DNA of 64,000 bases from assembly GCA_018896645.1 (NCBI GenBank), contig JAHIMF010000041.1, positions 1,980 through 65,979 of the forward strand, read 5' to 3'. A model generated the notes under the pieces. It worked only from the letters and a program-made list of their open reading frames with translations, was not told the origin of the DNA and did not search any database. Of this stretch, positions 39,555 to 49,141 are shown one piece after another. Origin of the DNA: Patescibacteria group bacterium (GTDB taxonomy: Bacteria; Patescibacteriota; Patescibacteriia; UBA2591; JABMQE01). The position numbers and the translations under genes are program-made. How positions within the stretch are numbered: the stretch's first letter is position 1; every line of letters begins with the position of its first letter.

Positions 39555-39705
39555 TTATTCCGAGCGTAGCGAGCTTTTTTTTCATTCCGAACGGAGTCCC
39601 GCACGCATGCGGGGCGCAGTGAGGAATCCCTTAACTCTAGAAAATGGAAGGATGGGGTGGAAAGCCTGCGGTGAAGGGATTCCTCGCTGCGGCTCGGAAT
39701 GAAAA
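39555..39705. repeat. GC-rich composite hairpin repeat, family E: three related modules (TTCATTCCGA...GAGGAATCCCTT) in direct and inverted orientation
   Basis: Module at 39581-39632. Its shortened inverted counterpart is at 39674-39703. A partial copy sits at 39555-39574. Confidence 0.45.
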
Positions 39706-39789
39706 AAAACTTCGTTCGAAATAGTAGAACAGTGTTTTCGGACAGTCTCATATATTCGTTTTAATTCGTGAATAATTCGAGTAATATTA

Positions 39790-40968
39790 GTGCTTATGAA
39801 GATAGCTATTATCACCTCTACTTTCCCGCCCTACCGCGGCGGCATCGGCAATGTGGCCTATCAGGAAGCCCGGGAATTAGCGCGGCTTGGCAATCAGGTG
39901 ACAATTTTTACACCCAGGTATGATACGACCCAAGATAAAGTCCAAAAGGTTGATGGCCTTATTGTCAAGCGGCTTTTTTCATTGCTCAAATTTGGCAATG
40001 CGGCTTTTTTGCCGCAGCTTTTGTGGTCGTTGGGGGATTTTAATGTTTGGTATTTGCATTACCCGTTTTTTGGCGGTGCGGAGATTGTATGGCTTTTAAA
40101 GAAATTCAAGAAGTCAAAAAAAATAATTATTCGTTATCATATGGATGTGGTGGGCAGAGGATCGTTAGAATTTTTTTTTAACGCTCACTCCCGCTATATC
40201 ATGCCCAAAATTATCAAATCAGCGGACAGGGTAATTGTCTCGTCCTATGATTATGCTCATCATTCCAATATTAAAGAATTAATTTCAGGCAATCAAAAAA
40301 AATTTACAGAGATTCCTTTTGGGGTGGATTTGAAAAGTTTTATTCCCAGCTCAAAAGACGATTTATTTTTAGATGAATTAGGCGTGGCAGCAGAAGATAA
40401 GATAGCCATGTTTATAGGGACCTTGGATAAAGCCCATTATTTTAAAGGAGTGGAAATTTTGCTTCAGGCGTTTAGTTTGCTCGAAGACCGGCCTTACAAA
40501 TTAGTAATTGTTGGCGAAGGAGATTTGCGTTCACATTACGAAAAGATGGCTGAAAAATTAGGTATTACTAAAAAAGTAATTTTTGCCGGCGCGCCCAGCG
40601 ATAGAGATTTACCGGCATTTTATAACATTGCTGATGTTGTGGTTTTGCCTTCAATTGATAAAAGCGAGGCTTTTGGTTTGGTTTTAATAGAAGCCATGGC
40701 TTGCGCCAAACCCGTGATAGCTTCTGATTTGGCTGGGGTGAGGAGCGTGGTTGAAGATGGCGTTAATGGGTTTTTAGTTAAGCCCAAGAATACTGGTGAA
40801 TTGGCTAATCGGATTGATTATGTTTTGAGCAACATTGAGACTGCTAAGCAAATGGGGGGGAGAGGTCGGGAGAAAGTTGAGCGGGTTTATAATTGGGAAC
40901 GGGTTGGGCAAGATTTATCACGAATATTACACGAATTATTCACGAATTGCAATCGAATTTATATATGA
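39790..40968 (+). CDS. glycosyltransferase family 4
   Basis: 392 aa ORF. 'SEAFGLVLIEAMACAKPVIASDLAGVRSVVEDGVNGFLV' GT4 signature. Confidence 0.8.
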   Translation: MLMKIAIITSTFPPYRGGIGNVAYQEARELARLGNQVTIFTPRYDTTQDKVQKVDGLIVKRLFSLLKFGNAAFLPQLLWSLGDFNVWYLHYPFFGGAEIVWLLKKFKKSKKIIIRYHMDVVGRGSLEFFFNAHSRYIMPKIIKSADRVIVSSYDYAHHSNIKELISGNQKKFTEIPFGVDLKSFIPSSKDDLFLDELGVAAEDKIAMFIGTLDKAHYFKGVEILLQAFSLLEDRPYKLVIVGEGDLRSHYEKMAEKLGITKKVIFAGAPSDRDLPAFYNIADVVVLPSIDKSEAFGLVLIEAMACAKPVIASDLAGVRSVVEDGVNGFLVKPKNTGELANRIDYVLSNIETAKQMGGRGREKVERVYNWERVGQDLSRILHELFTNCNRIYI

Positions 40969-41023
40969 ATAATTAACTTAAATTATCTCTAATGAGCTCT
41001 GATAACTTGGATAATATTTACGC

Positions 41024-43537
41024 ATGCTAAATAAACTCATTTCTCAAATCCAACGCGACAAAAACTATACTTTCACCACTTTAGCGATTTTGTGCGTGGT
41101 TTTTTTGTGGTTTGTAATACAGGTGGTGTATCCGTCAACTTCTGGGGTTATTGGTTTTGGCGGGCGATTGGTTGCTTTTAGCGCCTTTTTATTTTATTGG
41201 TTTATTGGGGCTTCTTGGTTAGCAGGCATTTTTAAAAAGATTGTCAAATTTAGTAATGTTTGGTCATTTGTTTTTGGAATTTTCTTAATGCTTTATTTAA
41301 TTAGTTTTGTAATGGCATTTTGGATTGTGTTTTATAAGATAACGGTAGTGCTCATGGCGATGAGTTTGATGATTTTGATTTTGGGCATTTCTTTTTTATA
41401 TAGGAGAGTAACTAGTCACTCGTCATTCGACCCTGAGCTCATGACCGAAGGGTCACTAGTCACTGGGGATTCTTTTTCTCCAGAAGAATCTAAACAAGAA
41501 TTAGTGGTTACTAATAATACTTCTTTTGGGGATTCCTTAATCCTTGGCCACTGGGTTTGGCCGTCATTAGCAGTAGCCGCTATCATTGCCATCGGACTTC
41601 TATTCCTCGCTCGTACTGGCGACTATATGATTACCCCTTGGTCTGATGTGAGTCCTTTATATTTATACTTTTATGCCTTCATCTCTTTTATTATTTTTCT
41701 CTTGATTTTTTCTCGGACGCGGTTAAGAACCCTATTGATTATTATCATTCTTCATTCGTTTTTACTGCACTCTTATTTACCAATTGTTTATAAAACAGGT
41801 TTTGGCGGCGATAAGTGGCGGCATATTGCGGCCGAGAGATCGCTCCAAGCTGGAGAGGTTTATTCGCCGAGTTTGTTTGGCGAAGAAAAGCTGACGATGA
41901 GAAAGATTGGTCCGTTTTCAGTGCCCGAGGTTTTTATTGTTGGCAATAAAACCTCTTATGCTAATCAATGGGGTTTAACTATTGCTTTATCTTGGATATT
42001 AAATATTGATGTCTTTTGGATTGACCTTTTGCTTGTATTCGCCTTGTGGTCAATTTTTATTCCCTTATTTTTGATTAAAATCGGTTCTTTTTTTATCAAA
42101 GATAAAATATTTCTCGGACTGTTAACGTTTGTGCCTTCGCTTTTTTATCCTTTGCAGGTTTATGGCTCTATTACCATTCCCGTGGCGTTTGGTTTTTTGT
42201 ATTTTGTTTTTATGCTTGCTTTGTGGCTTTTATATTTGCATAAAAATGAATGGGATAAGCGATTTTTTGGGTTTTTATTGATATTAACGGCTTTGATGTA
42301 TTTTAATTATTTTATTTATTTTGTTCTAATACTGGAGATTGGGGCTATAATTTTTGTATTTAAAAAATATATATTACCGCGCCTCTTGCAGGGTCGCTCG
42401 CCTTCAAAAAAGTTTATATTTTACTTGTTGTTTTTGCTGGGATTTTGTGTTGTCTTTATTCCTGTTCTTGATAAACTAATTGGCCTATCTAATTTTGATG
42501 TGGGGGGCTTGATTCATTTTTGGAAAATCCCAAGACAGTTGGAAGAATTTTTTCTGGGTAAACTTTTGGGGTTGGGTGAATTTGTTCCTTTTCCAACATT
42601 TATTTCTCAAGGCAATTTTATATTTATGCAACTTTCCCGATATTCTTTATCCAGCACCACTTTTTTGAATTTTGTTTATTGGCAAAAATATATCAGCATT
42701 TTTTTATGGCTTTTGATTGTTTATGGAATGACCCGTATTGGCAAAGTCAAGGCTATGCGTGTAGCGACTCTTTGGCTTATTTTTATTTTTATCCTTTTAA
42801 CCAATCATTTTTTATCAATGTATTACATGGATGGGGTGCGGTTATTGACGAAACGTCTGGATTTAGTCATTGCGTTTTTTCTATTGCCCATGCTCGCGCT
42901 CGGAATTTACCGGATAGTTTTTCGAAACTCAAAAATTGTCAGTCATAATGCCAAAATTATTGCCCTGGGCTTGCTTTTGGTGGTTTCTTCAAGTGTTGCT
43001 TACGCTTCCGGGCCAAAATTGGAAGTAGTGACCGAGGATGAACTGGAAGCCGCGGAATATGTGTTTAAAGAAATTAAGAAATTAAGAAACAAGAAACAAG
43101 AAACTAGTGAACTAGAAATTGGGGACGATCCCAGCGACCAATTACTAATTAATAGTGACGAGGTTAATAATGTTAATAGAGTTAATAATAAATGGTATTA
43201 TTGTGTGTTGGCTAATACTTGGCCGCTTTTAGGATTAGAGGCAGTGTCTAATAGGCGTGTTGTAACCGGGGGCTTTCCGGTTTATACTGAATACGCGCAA
43301 CCGGAACGGGTGCAGCTTTGGAAAAAAATGATTAGCGAGCCCTCAATTCGGTACTTAGAAAAAAGCCTGGAGATTACCGGAGCTGATCATTGTTATTTTA
43401 TGATAGAGAAAAAATGGTTTGATGTTGAGGAAAAAAAGCAAGAGGAAAAATTGGAGCGGACTATAGAGATGCTGGGGAAGTATGAGAGGTTTGGGGAAGT
43501 GTATGTATTTTATTATGAGGGTGAGGACCACGAATAG
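41024..43537 (+). CDS. large polytopic membrane protein (about 20 TM helices; GT-C or polymerase-like) with an in-frame repeat insertion
   Basis: 837 aa ORF. Very hydrophobic up to ~aa 650, with an acidic C-terminal domain. No catalytic motif recognised. Confidence 0.45.
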   Translation: MLNKLISQIQRDKNYTFTTLAILCVVFLWFVIQVVYPSTSGVIGFGGRLVAFSAFLFYWFIGASWLAGIFKKIVKFSNVWSFVFGIFLMLYLISFVMAFWIVFYKITVVLMAMSLMILILGISFLYRRVTSHSSFDPELMTEGSLVTGDSFSPEESKQELVVTNNTSFGDSLILGHWVWPSLAVAAIIAIGLLFLARTGDYMITPWSDVSPLYLYFYAFISFIIFLLIFSRTRLRTLLIIIILHSFLLHSYLPIVYKTGFGGDKWRHIAAERSLQAGEVYSPSLFGEEKLTMRKIGPFSVPEVFIVGNKTSYANQWGLTIALSWILNIDVFWIDLLLVFALWSIFIPLFLIKIGSFFIKDKIFLGLLTFVPSLFYPLQVYGSITIPVAFGFLYFVFMLALWLLYLHKNEWDKRFFGFLLILTALMYFNYFIYFVLILEIGAIIFVFKKYILPRLLQGRSPSKKFIFYLLFLLGFCVVFIPVLDKLIGLSNFDVGGLIHFWKIPRQLEEFFLGKLLGLGEFVPFPTFISQGNFIFMQLSRYSLSSTTFLNFVYWQKYISIFLWLLIVYGMTRIGKVKAMRVATLWLIFIFILLTNHFLSMYYMDGVRLLTKRLDLVIAFFLLPMLALGIYRIVFRNSKIVSHNAKIIALGLLLVVSSSVAYASGPKLEVVTEDELEAAEYVFKEIKKLRNKKQETSELEIGDDPSDQLLINSDEVNNVNRVNNKWYYCVLANTWPLLGLEAVSNRRVVTGGFPVYTEYAQPERVQLWKKMISEPSIRYLEKSLEITGADHCYFMIEKKWFDVEEKKQEEKLERTIEMLGKYERFGEVYVFYYEGEDHE

Positions 43538-43747
43538 CACAAAAGACCACAAATTTTGCCATTATAGTTTGGTTTGTGTATAATGCAATTAGTGATATTT
43601 ATCCATTTAGCATCTTTTCATTTATCATCTTTTTATTAATTTATTTGTTTATTAATTTATTGAATTTATTAATAAACTAATAAAAGCGAGCGAGCGCAAT
43701 AAATCAGTAAAAAATATGATAAATGGATATATGGAAAATGAAAATGT

Positions 43748-44263
43748 ATGAAACTCGGCGTTATCTCCGATACCCACGGGGAAATAGAAAAAATTAAAAA
43801 AGTCCTTGAAATTTTCAAAAAAAGAAGCGTAGAAATGATTATTCATGCCGGGGACATGGACAGGGTTAGAAATTTAGAAGTGTTTCAAGGCATTGGGGTG
43901 CCTTTAAAAATGGCAATTGGCAATATAGATGAAGAGCCTGTTTTGTATCCGCCGAAAGCCAAAGAATTAGGCCTTGATTTTGAAATGAACAGTTTTTTGA
44001 ATGTAGAAGCCGGGGAAAGGCGATTGTTTTTATTTCACGGTAATGTGTTGGGCGGGCTTGAGCAGGTATTTGATACCTTGATTACTTCTCGCAAATATGA
44101 TGTTATAATATACGGACATACGCACAAGCCGCGGAATGAATATAAAGATAATGTATTGATTTTAAACCCCGGTAGTTTACAATCAATTCAGTTGGGGATT
44201 AAAGATTCAGCGGCAGTGTATGATACAGAGACTAACAAGGCAAAGATTATAGAGGTTAATTAA
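43748..44263 (+). CDS. metallophosphoesterase (YfcE/MJ0936-like)
   Basis: 171 aa ORF. 'ISDTHG', 'HAGD', 'GNID' and 'GHTH' metal-binding motifs. Confidence 0.7.
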   Translation: MKLGVISDTHGEIEKIKKVLEIFKKRSVEMIIHAGDMDRVRNLEVFQGIGVPLKMAIGNIDEEPVLYPPKAKELGLDFEMNSFLNVEAGERRLFLFHGNVLGGLEQVFDTLITSRKYDVIIYGHTHKPRNEYKDNVLILNPGSLQSIQLGIKDSAAVYDTETNKAKIIEVN

Positions 44264-44298
44264 ACAAGCAATCGAATAAATAAGTAAAGTAGATTATT

Positions 44299-46344
44299 AT
44301 GAAACTTTTAATTACCGGCGGGGCCGGGTTTATCGGCTCCAATTTTATCCGTTATATTTTAAAAAAATATCCAGGTTATAAAATTATTAATCTGGATAAA
44401 TTAACTTATGCCGGGAACTTGGAGAATTTGCGTGACTTATCCGCCCCTGGCGGAGAGAATGATCCCAGATATAAATTTGTTAAAGGTGATATTTGTGATG
44501 AGAAAATTGTCAGTGAAGCGGCCAAGGATGTTGATGCAATAGTGAACTTTGCGGCAGAAAGCATTTCAGAAGAAACCTACTTACCGATTTGGAACAGAGG
44601 AAATATAGAAGTTACTACCCTGAAAGAACTGTTTGAGAAAGTTGTTCATCAAAATAAGACAAAGGTGGTGGTCCGAAAAGACAGAGAAATAATTAATTTT
44701 GCTCATAAAAATTATAAAGTTCTATCATATAAAGGTGGTATTGGCTATTGGATGCCAATTAAGCAAATGAGTAGACATAAGTATAAAGGCAAATTAATAA
44801 GACTGAGTCAAAAATGGGGAGAGATTACTGCCACACCCAATCATTCAATTTATGACTGTGATTTTAATTTGACCACCCCCCTTAAAAATCCAGAACTTTT
44901 AGGTTTAAGAAACATAAACCACATTTCCAAAAAAAAGAAATATCTGAATTTTTCAGGTAAAAAGTTAAAGGTCCTATTAAGAGTTTTGGGAGCCTACATT
45001 TCTGAAGGTTGGACAACATATAATAAAAGGAATGGGAGCTATCATTTTGGTATATCTAATACTGATGAAGAACAGATAGTATTGCTAAAAGATGATTTAT
45101 TATCGCTGGGTTATAGACCGAATATTACCAAAACAAAGGGTGGATTATTTCAGCTAATAATTAGTAATAAAGGTTTTTTTAATTTTGTTAGAAAAGAGGC
45201 GGGATTTAGATCAGCAGGTAAATTTATTCCCTCTTTTATTTTTCAGCTAGAGACTTCTCTACAACAAGAATTTTTGCGGCTGTTAGTGTGGGGAGATGGG
45301 CAAGAGATAGTAAATAAAAATTATAAAACCACAAGATATGTTACTAAATCTAAAAAATTAGCTACAGGGCTATCTTTATTGCTTTCTCTATTTCATTATA
45401 ATTATTCTGTAGGTTATGATAAAAGATTCAATGCTTACATCATTGTTTGGGGTAATGATTATACGATTTCATTAATAAATAAAGAATATACAGAAATACC
45501 TTACGACGGTTATGTTTATGATATTTCAGTAGATAATTTAAAAAACTTTGTTTGCGGAGTAGGGAATATAGTTGTTCATAATACGCATGTGGACCGCTCG
45601 CTTTACGAACCTGGTAGTTTTATTAAAACCGATGTTTATGGCACTTGGGTTTTGCTTGAGGTAGTGAAAAGGTTTAAGATTAAAAAATATTTGCAGGTCT
45701 CAACTGATGAAGTTTATGGTGATGTTTCTAGCCCCAATTTTTCAAAAGAGACGGACTTGTTGCACCCCTCGTCTCCTTATTCTGCTTCTAAGGCTGGCGG
45801 TGATATGCAGGTATTGGCAAGTCACCGAACTTTTGACTTACCGATTTTAATTACCAGAAGTTCTAATAATTATGGACCTTTCCAATATCCAGAAAAAATT
45901 GTACCTTTGTTTATAACGAATTGTCTGGAAAATAAGGAAGTGCCGGTTTATGACGGGGGAACGCAGATCAGGGATTGGTTGTATGTTGAGGATAATTGTA
46001 CGGGCATTGATACGGTATTACACAAAGGCGAGTTTGGCGAGATTTATAATATCGGCGCTAATCAAGAGCCGGAAATTACTAATTTGGAGTTGACCAAAAC
46101 AATATTAAAATTAACCGAGAAAGATGAATCTTTAATCAAACACGTTACTGGTCTTAGGCCTGGTCATGACCAACGTTATGCAGTGGACACTACAAAGATT
46201 CGTAAATTAGGATGGGAACCCAAAATGAGTTTTAAGGAGGGCATGAGTCAAACGGTTTATTGGTATGTTAAGAATCAGGATTGGTGGAAGAAGATAAAGA
46301 GCGGAGAATATCTTGAGTATTATAAGAAGCATTATCGCGAGTGA
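44299..46344 (+). CDS. rfbB: dTDP-glucose 4,6-dehydratase interrupted by an in-frame intein; 340 aa of extein plus a 341 aa intein
   Basis: N-extein 'MKLLITGGAGFIGSNFIRYILKKYPGYKIINLDKLTYAGNLENL...VNFAAE' and C-extein 'THVDRSLYEPGS...YVSTDEVYGD...YSASKAGGD' are collinear with RmlB throughout. Confidence 0.85.
   Translation: MKLLITGGAGFIGSNFIRYILKKYPGYKIINLDKLTYAGNLENLRDLSAPGGENDPRYKFVKGDICDEKIVSEAAKDVDAIVNFAAESISEETYLPIWNRGNIEVTTLKELFEKVVHQNKTKVVVRKDREIINFAHKNYKVLSYKGGIGYWMPIKQMSRHKYKGKLIRLSQKWGEITATPNHSIYDCDFNLTTPLKNPELLGLRNINHISKKKKYLNFSGKKLKVLLRVLGAYISEGWTTYNKRNGSYHFGISNTDEEQIVLLKDDLLSLGYRPNITKTKGGLFQLIISNKGFFNFVRKEAGFRSAGKFIPSFIFQLETSLQQEFLRLLVWGDGQEIVNKNYKTTRYVTKSKKLATGLSLLLSLFHYNYSVGYDKRFNAYIIVWGNDYTISLINKEYTEIPYDGYVYDISVDNLKNFVCGVGNIVVHNTHVDRSLYEPGSFIKTDVYGTWVLLEVVKRFKIKKYLQVSTDEVYGDVSSPNFSKETDLLHPSSPYSASKAGGDMQVLASHRTFDLPILITRSSNNYGPFQYPEKIVPLFITNCLENKEVPVYDGGTQIRDWLYVEDNCTGIDTVLHKGEFGEIYNIGANQEPEITNLELTKTILKLTEKDESLIKHVTGLRPGHDQRYAVDTTKIRKLGWEPKMSFKEGMSQTVYWYVKNQDWWKKIKSGEYLEYYKKHYRE
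44560..45582 (+). mobile_element. intein with LAGLIDADG homing-endonuclease domain inside rfbB
   Basis: Starts with Ser (S88, 'SISEETYL', block A). Block B 'TATPNHSIY' (TxxH). Two LAGLIDADG-like motifs 'LLRVLGAYISEGW' and 'FLRLLVWGDGQE'. Ends 'NIVVHN' followed by a +1 Thr. The insertion splits the conserved extein motif FAAES|HVDRS. Confidence 0.75.
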
Positions 46345-46390
46345 TTGAATAATTAAGTAACTAACTAATCGAGTAATTAGGTAATTATTT

Positions 46391-47098
46391 ATGTCAAAAC
46401 CAAAGATATACCCATCGGTTGTTACTTGGGGAGCGGATTGGAGACAGCAATTAAGAGATGTTAAAAAATTGAAATTAAGGGAGGCGACTGTTTTTTTGAC
46501 TGGAATTGACAAAGATGCACATCAAGAATTCTATAGATTTTTAAAAAATAGCGGGATTAAAAAAATACCTCATATTCATTTGCGGCATGATTTTGATGAG
46601 GACGAAATTAAAGACTTGACTAAAGAATATGGCGTAGATTATTTTACGATTCATTTTAAAACAGTTGAGCATTATTTGAATTGGAATAAAAGCTTGAAGG
46701 ATAAAATGTGTGTTGAATATAATGCTGATGAATGGGAAGGAGTAAAAATTAACGATTTTGAATTTATAAAAGAGATTGCCGGGGTTTGTGTTGATATTGG
46801 GCACTATGCCGCTGAAAATTTGTTGAATCGGTTTAATACCATCGAATTGTTTAAAAAAGTGATTGACACTTATCCCGTTGTAATAAATCATCTAAATGGC
46901 AAATATTTTGTTAAAAACAAAGATGGATGCGATGAAATAAAGCGAGGACATTTAGTGGTTGACATAAAAAAAGATTTTGAATATTTGGATGATGTGCCTA
47001 GAAAATTATTTACTAAAAATGTTTATCTTGAATTAAGGAATACGATACCGGAACAGATTGAGATAAGGGATTATTTGTATGGGAAATATTTTAAATAA
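46391..47098 (+). CDS. hypothetical protein between rfbB and the epimerase/reductase
   Basis: 235 aa ORF with no recognisable motif. Sits within the rhamnose gene set. Confidence 0.3.
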   Translation: MSKPKIYPSVVTWGADWRQQLRDVKKLKLREATVFLTGIDKDAHQEFYRFLKNSGIKKIPHIHLRHDFDEDEIKDLTKEYGVDYFTIHFKTVEHYLNWNKSLKDKMCVEYNADEWEGVKINDFEFIKEIAGVCVDIGHYAAENLLNRFNTIELFKKVIDTYPVVINHLNGKYFVKNKDGCDEIKRGHLVVDIKKDFEYLDDVPRKLFTKNVYLELRNTIPEQIEIRDYLYGKYFK

Positions 47099-47204
47099 AA
47101 ATTTCTACCCGACTTTAGTCGAGGGTTCGCGAAGCATTAGCTTCAGACGAAGGCAACTAAAGTTGTCCGACCCTGACCTAAAGGTCGGTAGAAAGTGAAA
47201 AACC

Positions 47205-48023
47205 ATGAAATACCTAATTTTCGGCAATGGCTATCTTGGCCAACAATTTCATAAATATTTTAAAGGCTCGGTGATGAGTGAGGTTTTTGTTAAGAAAGAG
47301 GAAGATGCTTTGCGTGAGATTGAGAAACATGAGCCGGAATGGGTGCTAAATTGCGCTGGGATAACTGGCCGGCCTAATATTGATTGGTGCGAAGATAATA
47401 AACAGGAGACATTTGAGGGCAATGTTTTATTACCCTTGATGATTGCTAAAGCTTGCAAAAAAGTTGGGGTTAAGATGTTGCATTTGGGCTCGGGCTGCGT
47501 ATATTCCGGCGATAATAATAGGAAGGGCTGGAGCGAAAAAGACGCGCCAAATTTTAGCGGCAGTTTTTATTCTAAAACCAAGGCCTTAAGCGAGGATATG
47601 TTAAAAGATTATAATGTTTTGCAATTGCGTTTGCGGATGCCAATTGATAATGATATTTCCAGTGAAAGAAACTTCATTAAAAAAATTACTGGTTATAAAA
47701 AAGTGATTGATATAAAAAATTCCATGACTATTGTTGATGATTTACTGCATGTTGCTGACACTTTGATGTCAAGAAATAAAACCGGAATTTATAATATGGT
47801 TAATCCCGGACCGATGAGCCATAGAGAAATTCTTGATTTGTATAAAGAGATGGTTGACTCAAAGTTTAATTACGATATTATTTCAGTTGATGAGTTGCAT
47901 AAAACGACTAAGGCGGAGAGGAGTAATTGTGTTTTAAATATGGAGAAATTAACGAAAGAAGTGGAGTTAAAGCCGTTGAAAGAGCGTTTGACTGAAATCT
48001 TTCAGAGAACACAGGAAAAGTAA
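47205..48023 (+). CDS. NRS/ER-type bifunctional NDP-4-keto-6-deoxyglucose 3,5-epimerase/4-reductase (eukaryote/giant-virus-like rhamnose synthase C-terminal-domain homolog)
   Basis: 272 aa ORF. 'NCAGITGRPNIDWCEDNKQETFEGNV', 'GSGCVYSGD', 'PNFSGSFYSKTKALSEDML...LQLRLRMPI', 'RNFIKKITGYKKVIDIKNSMTIVDDLL' and 'NPGPMSHREILDLYK' are collinear with Arabidopsis NRS/ER blocks (GRPNVDWCE, GSFYSKTKAMVEELL, LRVRMPI, RNFITKI..Y.KVVDIPNSMT, NPGVVSHNEILEMYK). Confidence 0.65.
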   Translation: MKYLIFGNGYLGQQFHKYFKGSVMSEVFVKKEEDALREIEKHEPEWVLNCAGITGRPNIDWCEDNKQETFEGNVLLPLMIAKACKKVGVKMLHLGSGCVYSGDNNRKGWSEKDAPNFSGSFYSKTKALSEDMLKDYNVLQLRLRMPIDNDISSERNFIKKITGYKKVIDIKNSMTIVDDLLHVADTLMSRNKTGIYNMVNPGPMSHREILDLYKEMVDSKFNYDIISVDELHKTTKAERSNCVLNMEKLTKEVELKPLKERLTEIFQRTQEK

Positions 48024-48108
48024 CTTATAGTAATAAGCTCGCTCACTGCGGTTCGCTTCGCGTAATACAGTTGTAACTCAATAGTCACTCATTGTAATAT
48101 TTTAAATT
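48021..48108. repeat. truncated copy of MITE family D (left TIR plus internal segment; right TIR absent)
   Basis: TAACTTATAGTAATAAGCTCG at 48021-48041 is identical to the TIR at 34901. Its first TAA is the stop codon of the upstream CDS. The following 'GCTCGC..TTCGCGTAATACAGTTGTAACTCA' parallels the interior and ends of the 34901 copy. Confidence 0.45.
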
Positions 48109-48157
48109 TAATCTGCCTTACAGCTTATAGCTTTAAGGCTTTACAGCTCAAAAATTT

Positions 48158-48880
<723 letters not shown>

Positions 48881-48957
48881 TTTAAGCATTGAACCATTCG
48901 CACGCCTGCCCGCCTCTGGAGGGAATGGTTCCAAGATTGCAACTGTTTAAAAAGAAA

Positions 48958-48986
48958 AAACCACTCCGGTAAACCGTGAGTGGTTG
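48958..48986 (-). terminator. candidate rho-independent terminator for the minus-strand gene ending at 49142
   Basis: Hairpin CCACTCCGGTAAACCGTGAGTGG preceded on the plus strand by AAAAAGAAAAAA, which is a U-tract on the minus-strand transcript. Confidence 0.35.
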
Positions 48987-49141
48987 TAGATTTTATGATT
49001 GGTATCCTACGATTGATTTTGGAATCTCGATTATGCCGCTTTGATGGCCTTGGTTAGTTTTTCAACTTCTCACGTAATCAAAATTACCAGAATAGTTAGG
49101 ATGATAAGCTATTTAAGCAGCGGTTCCTCCCATCTTTGTTT

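Noticed and set aside
46391-47098. Candidate RmlC (dTDP-4-dehydrorhamnose 3,5-epimerase) between rfbB and the reductase-like gene
   Set aside because: It has no cupin-type RmlC motifs, and the downstream NRS/ER-type enzyme would provide epimerase activity itself. It is left as hypothetical.
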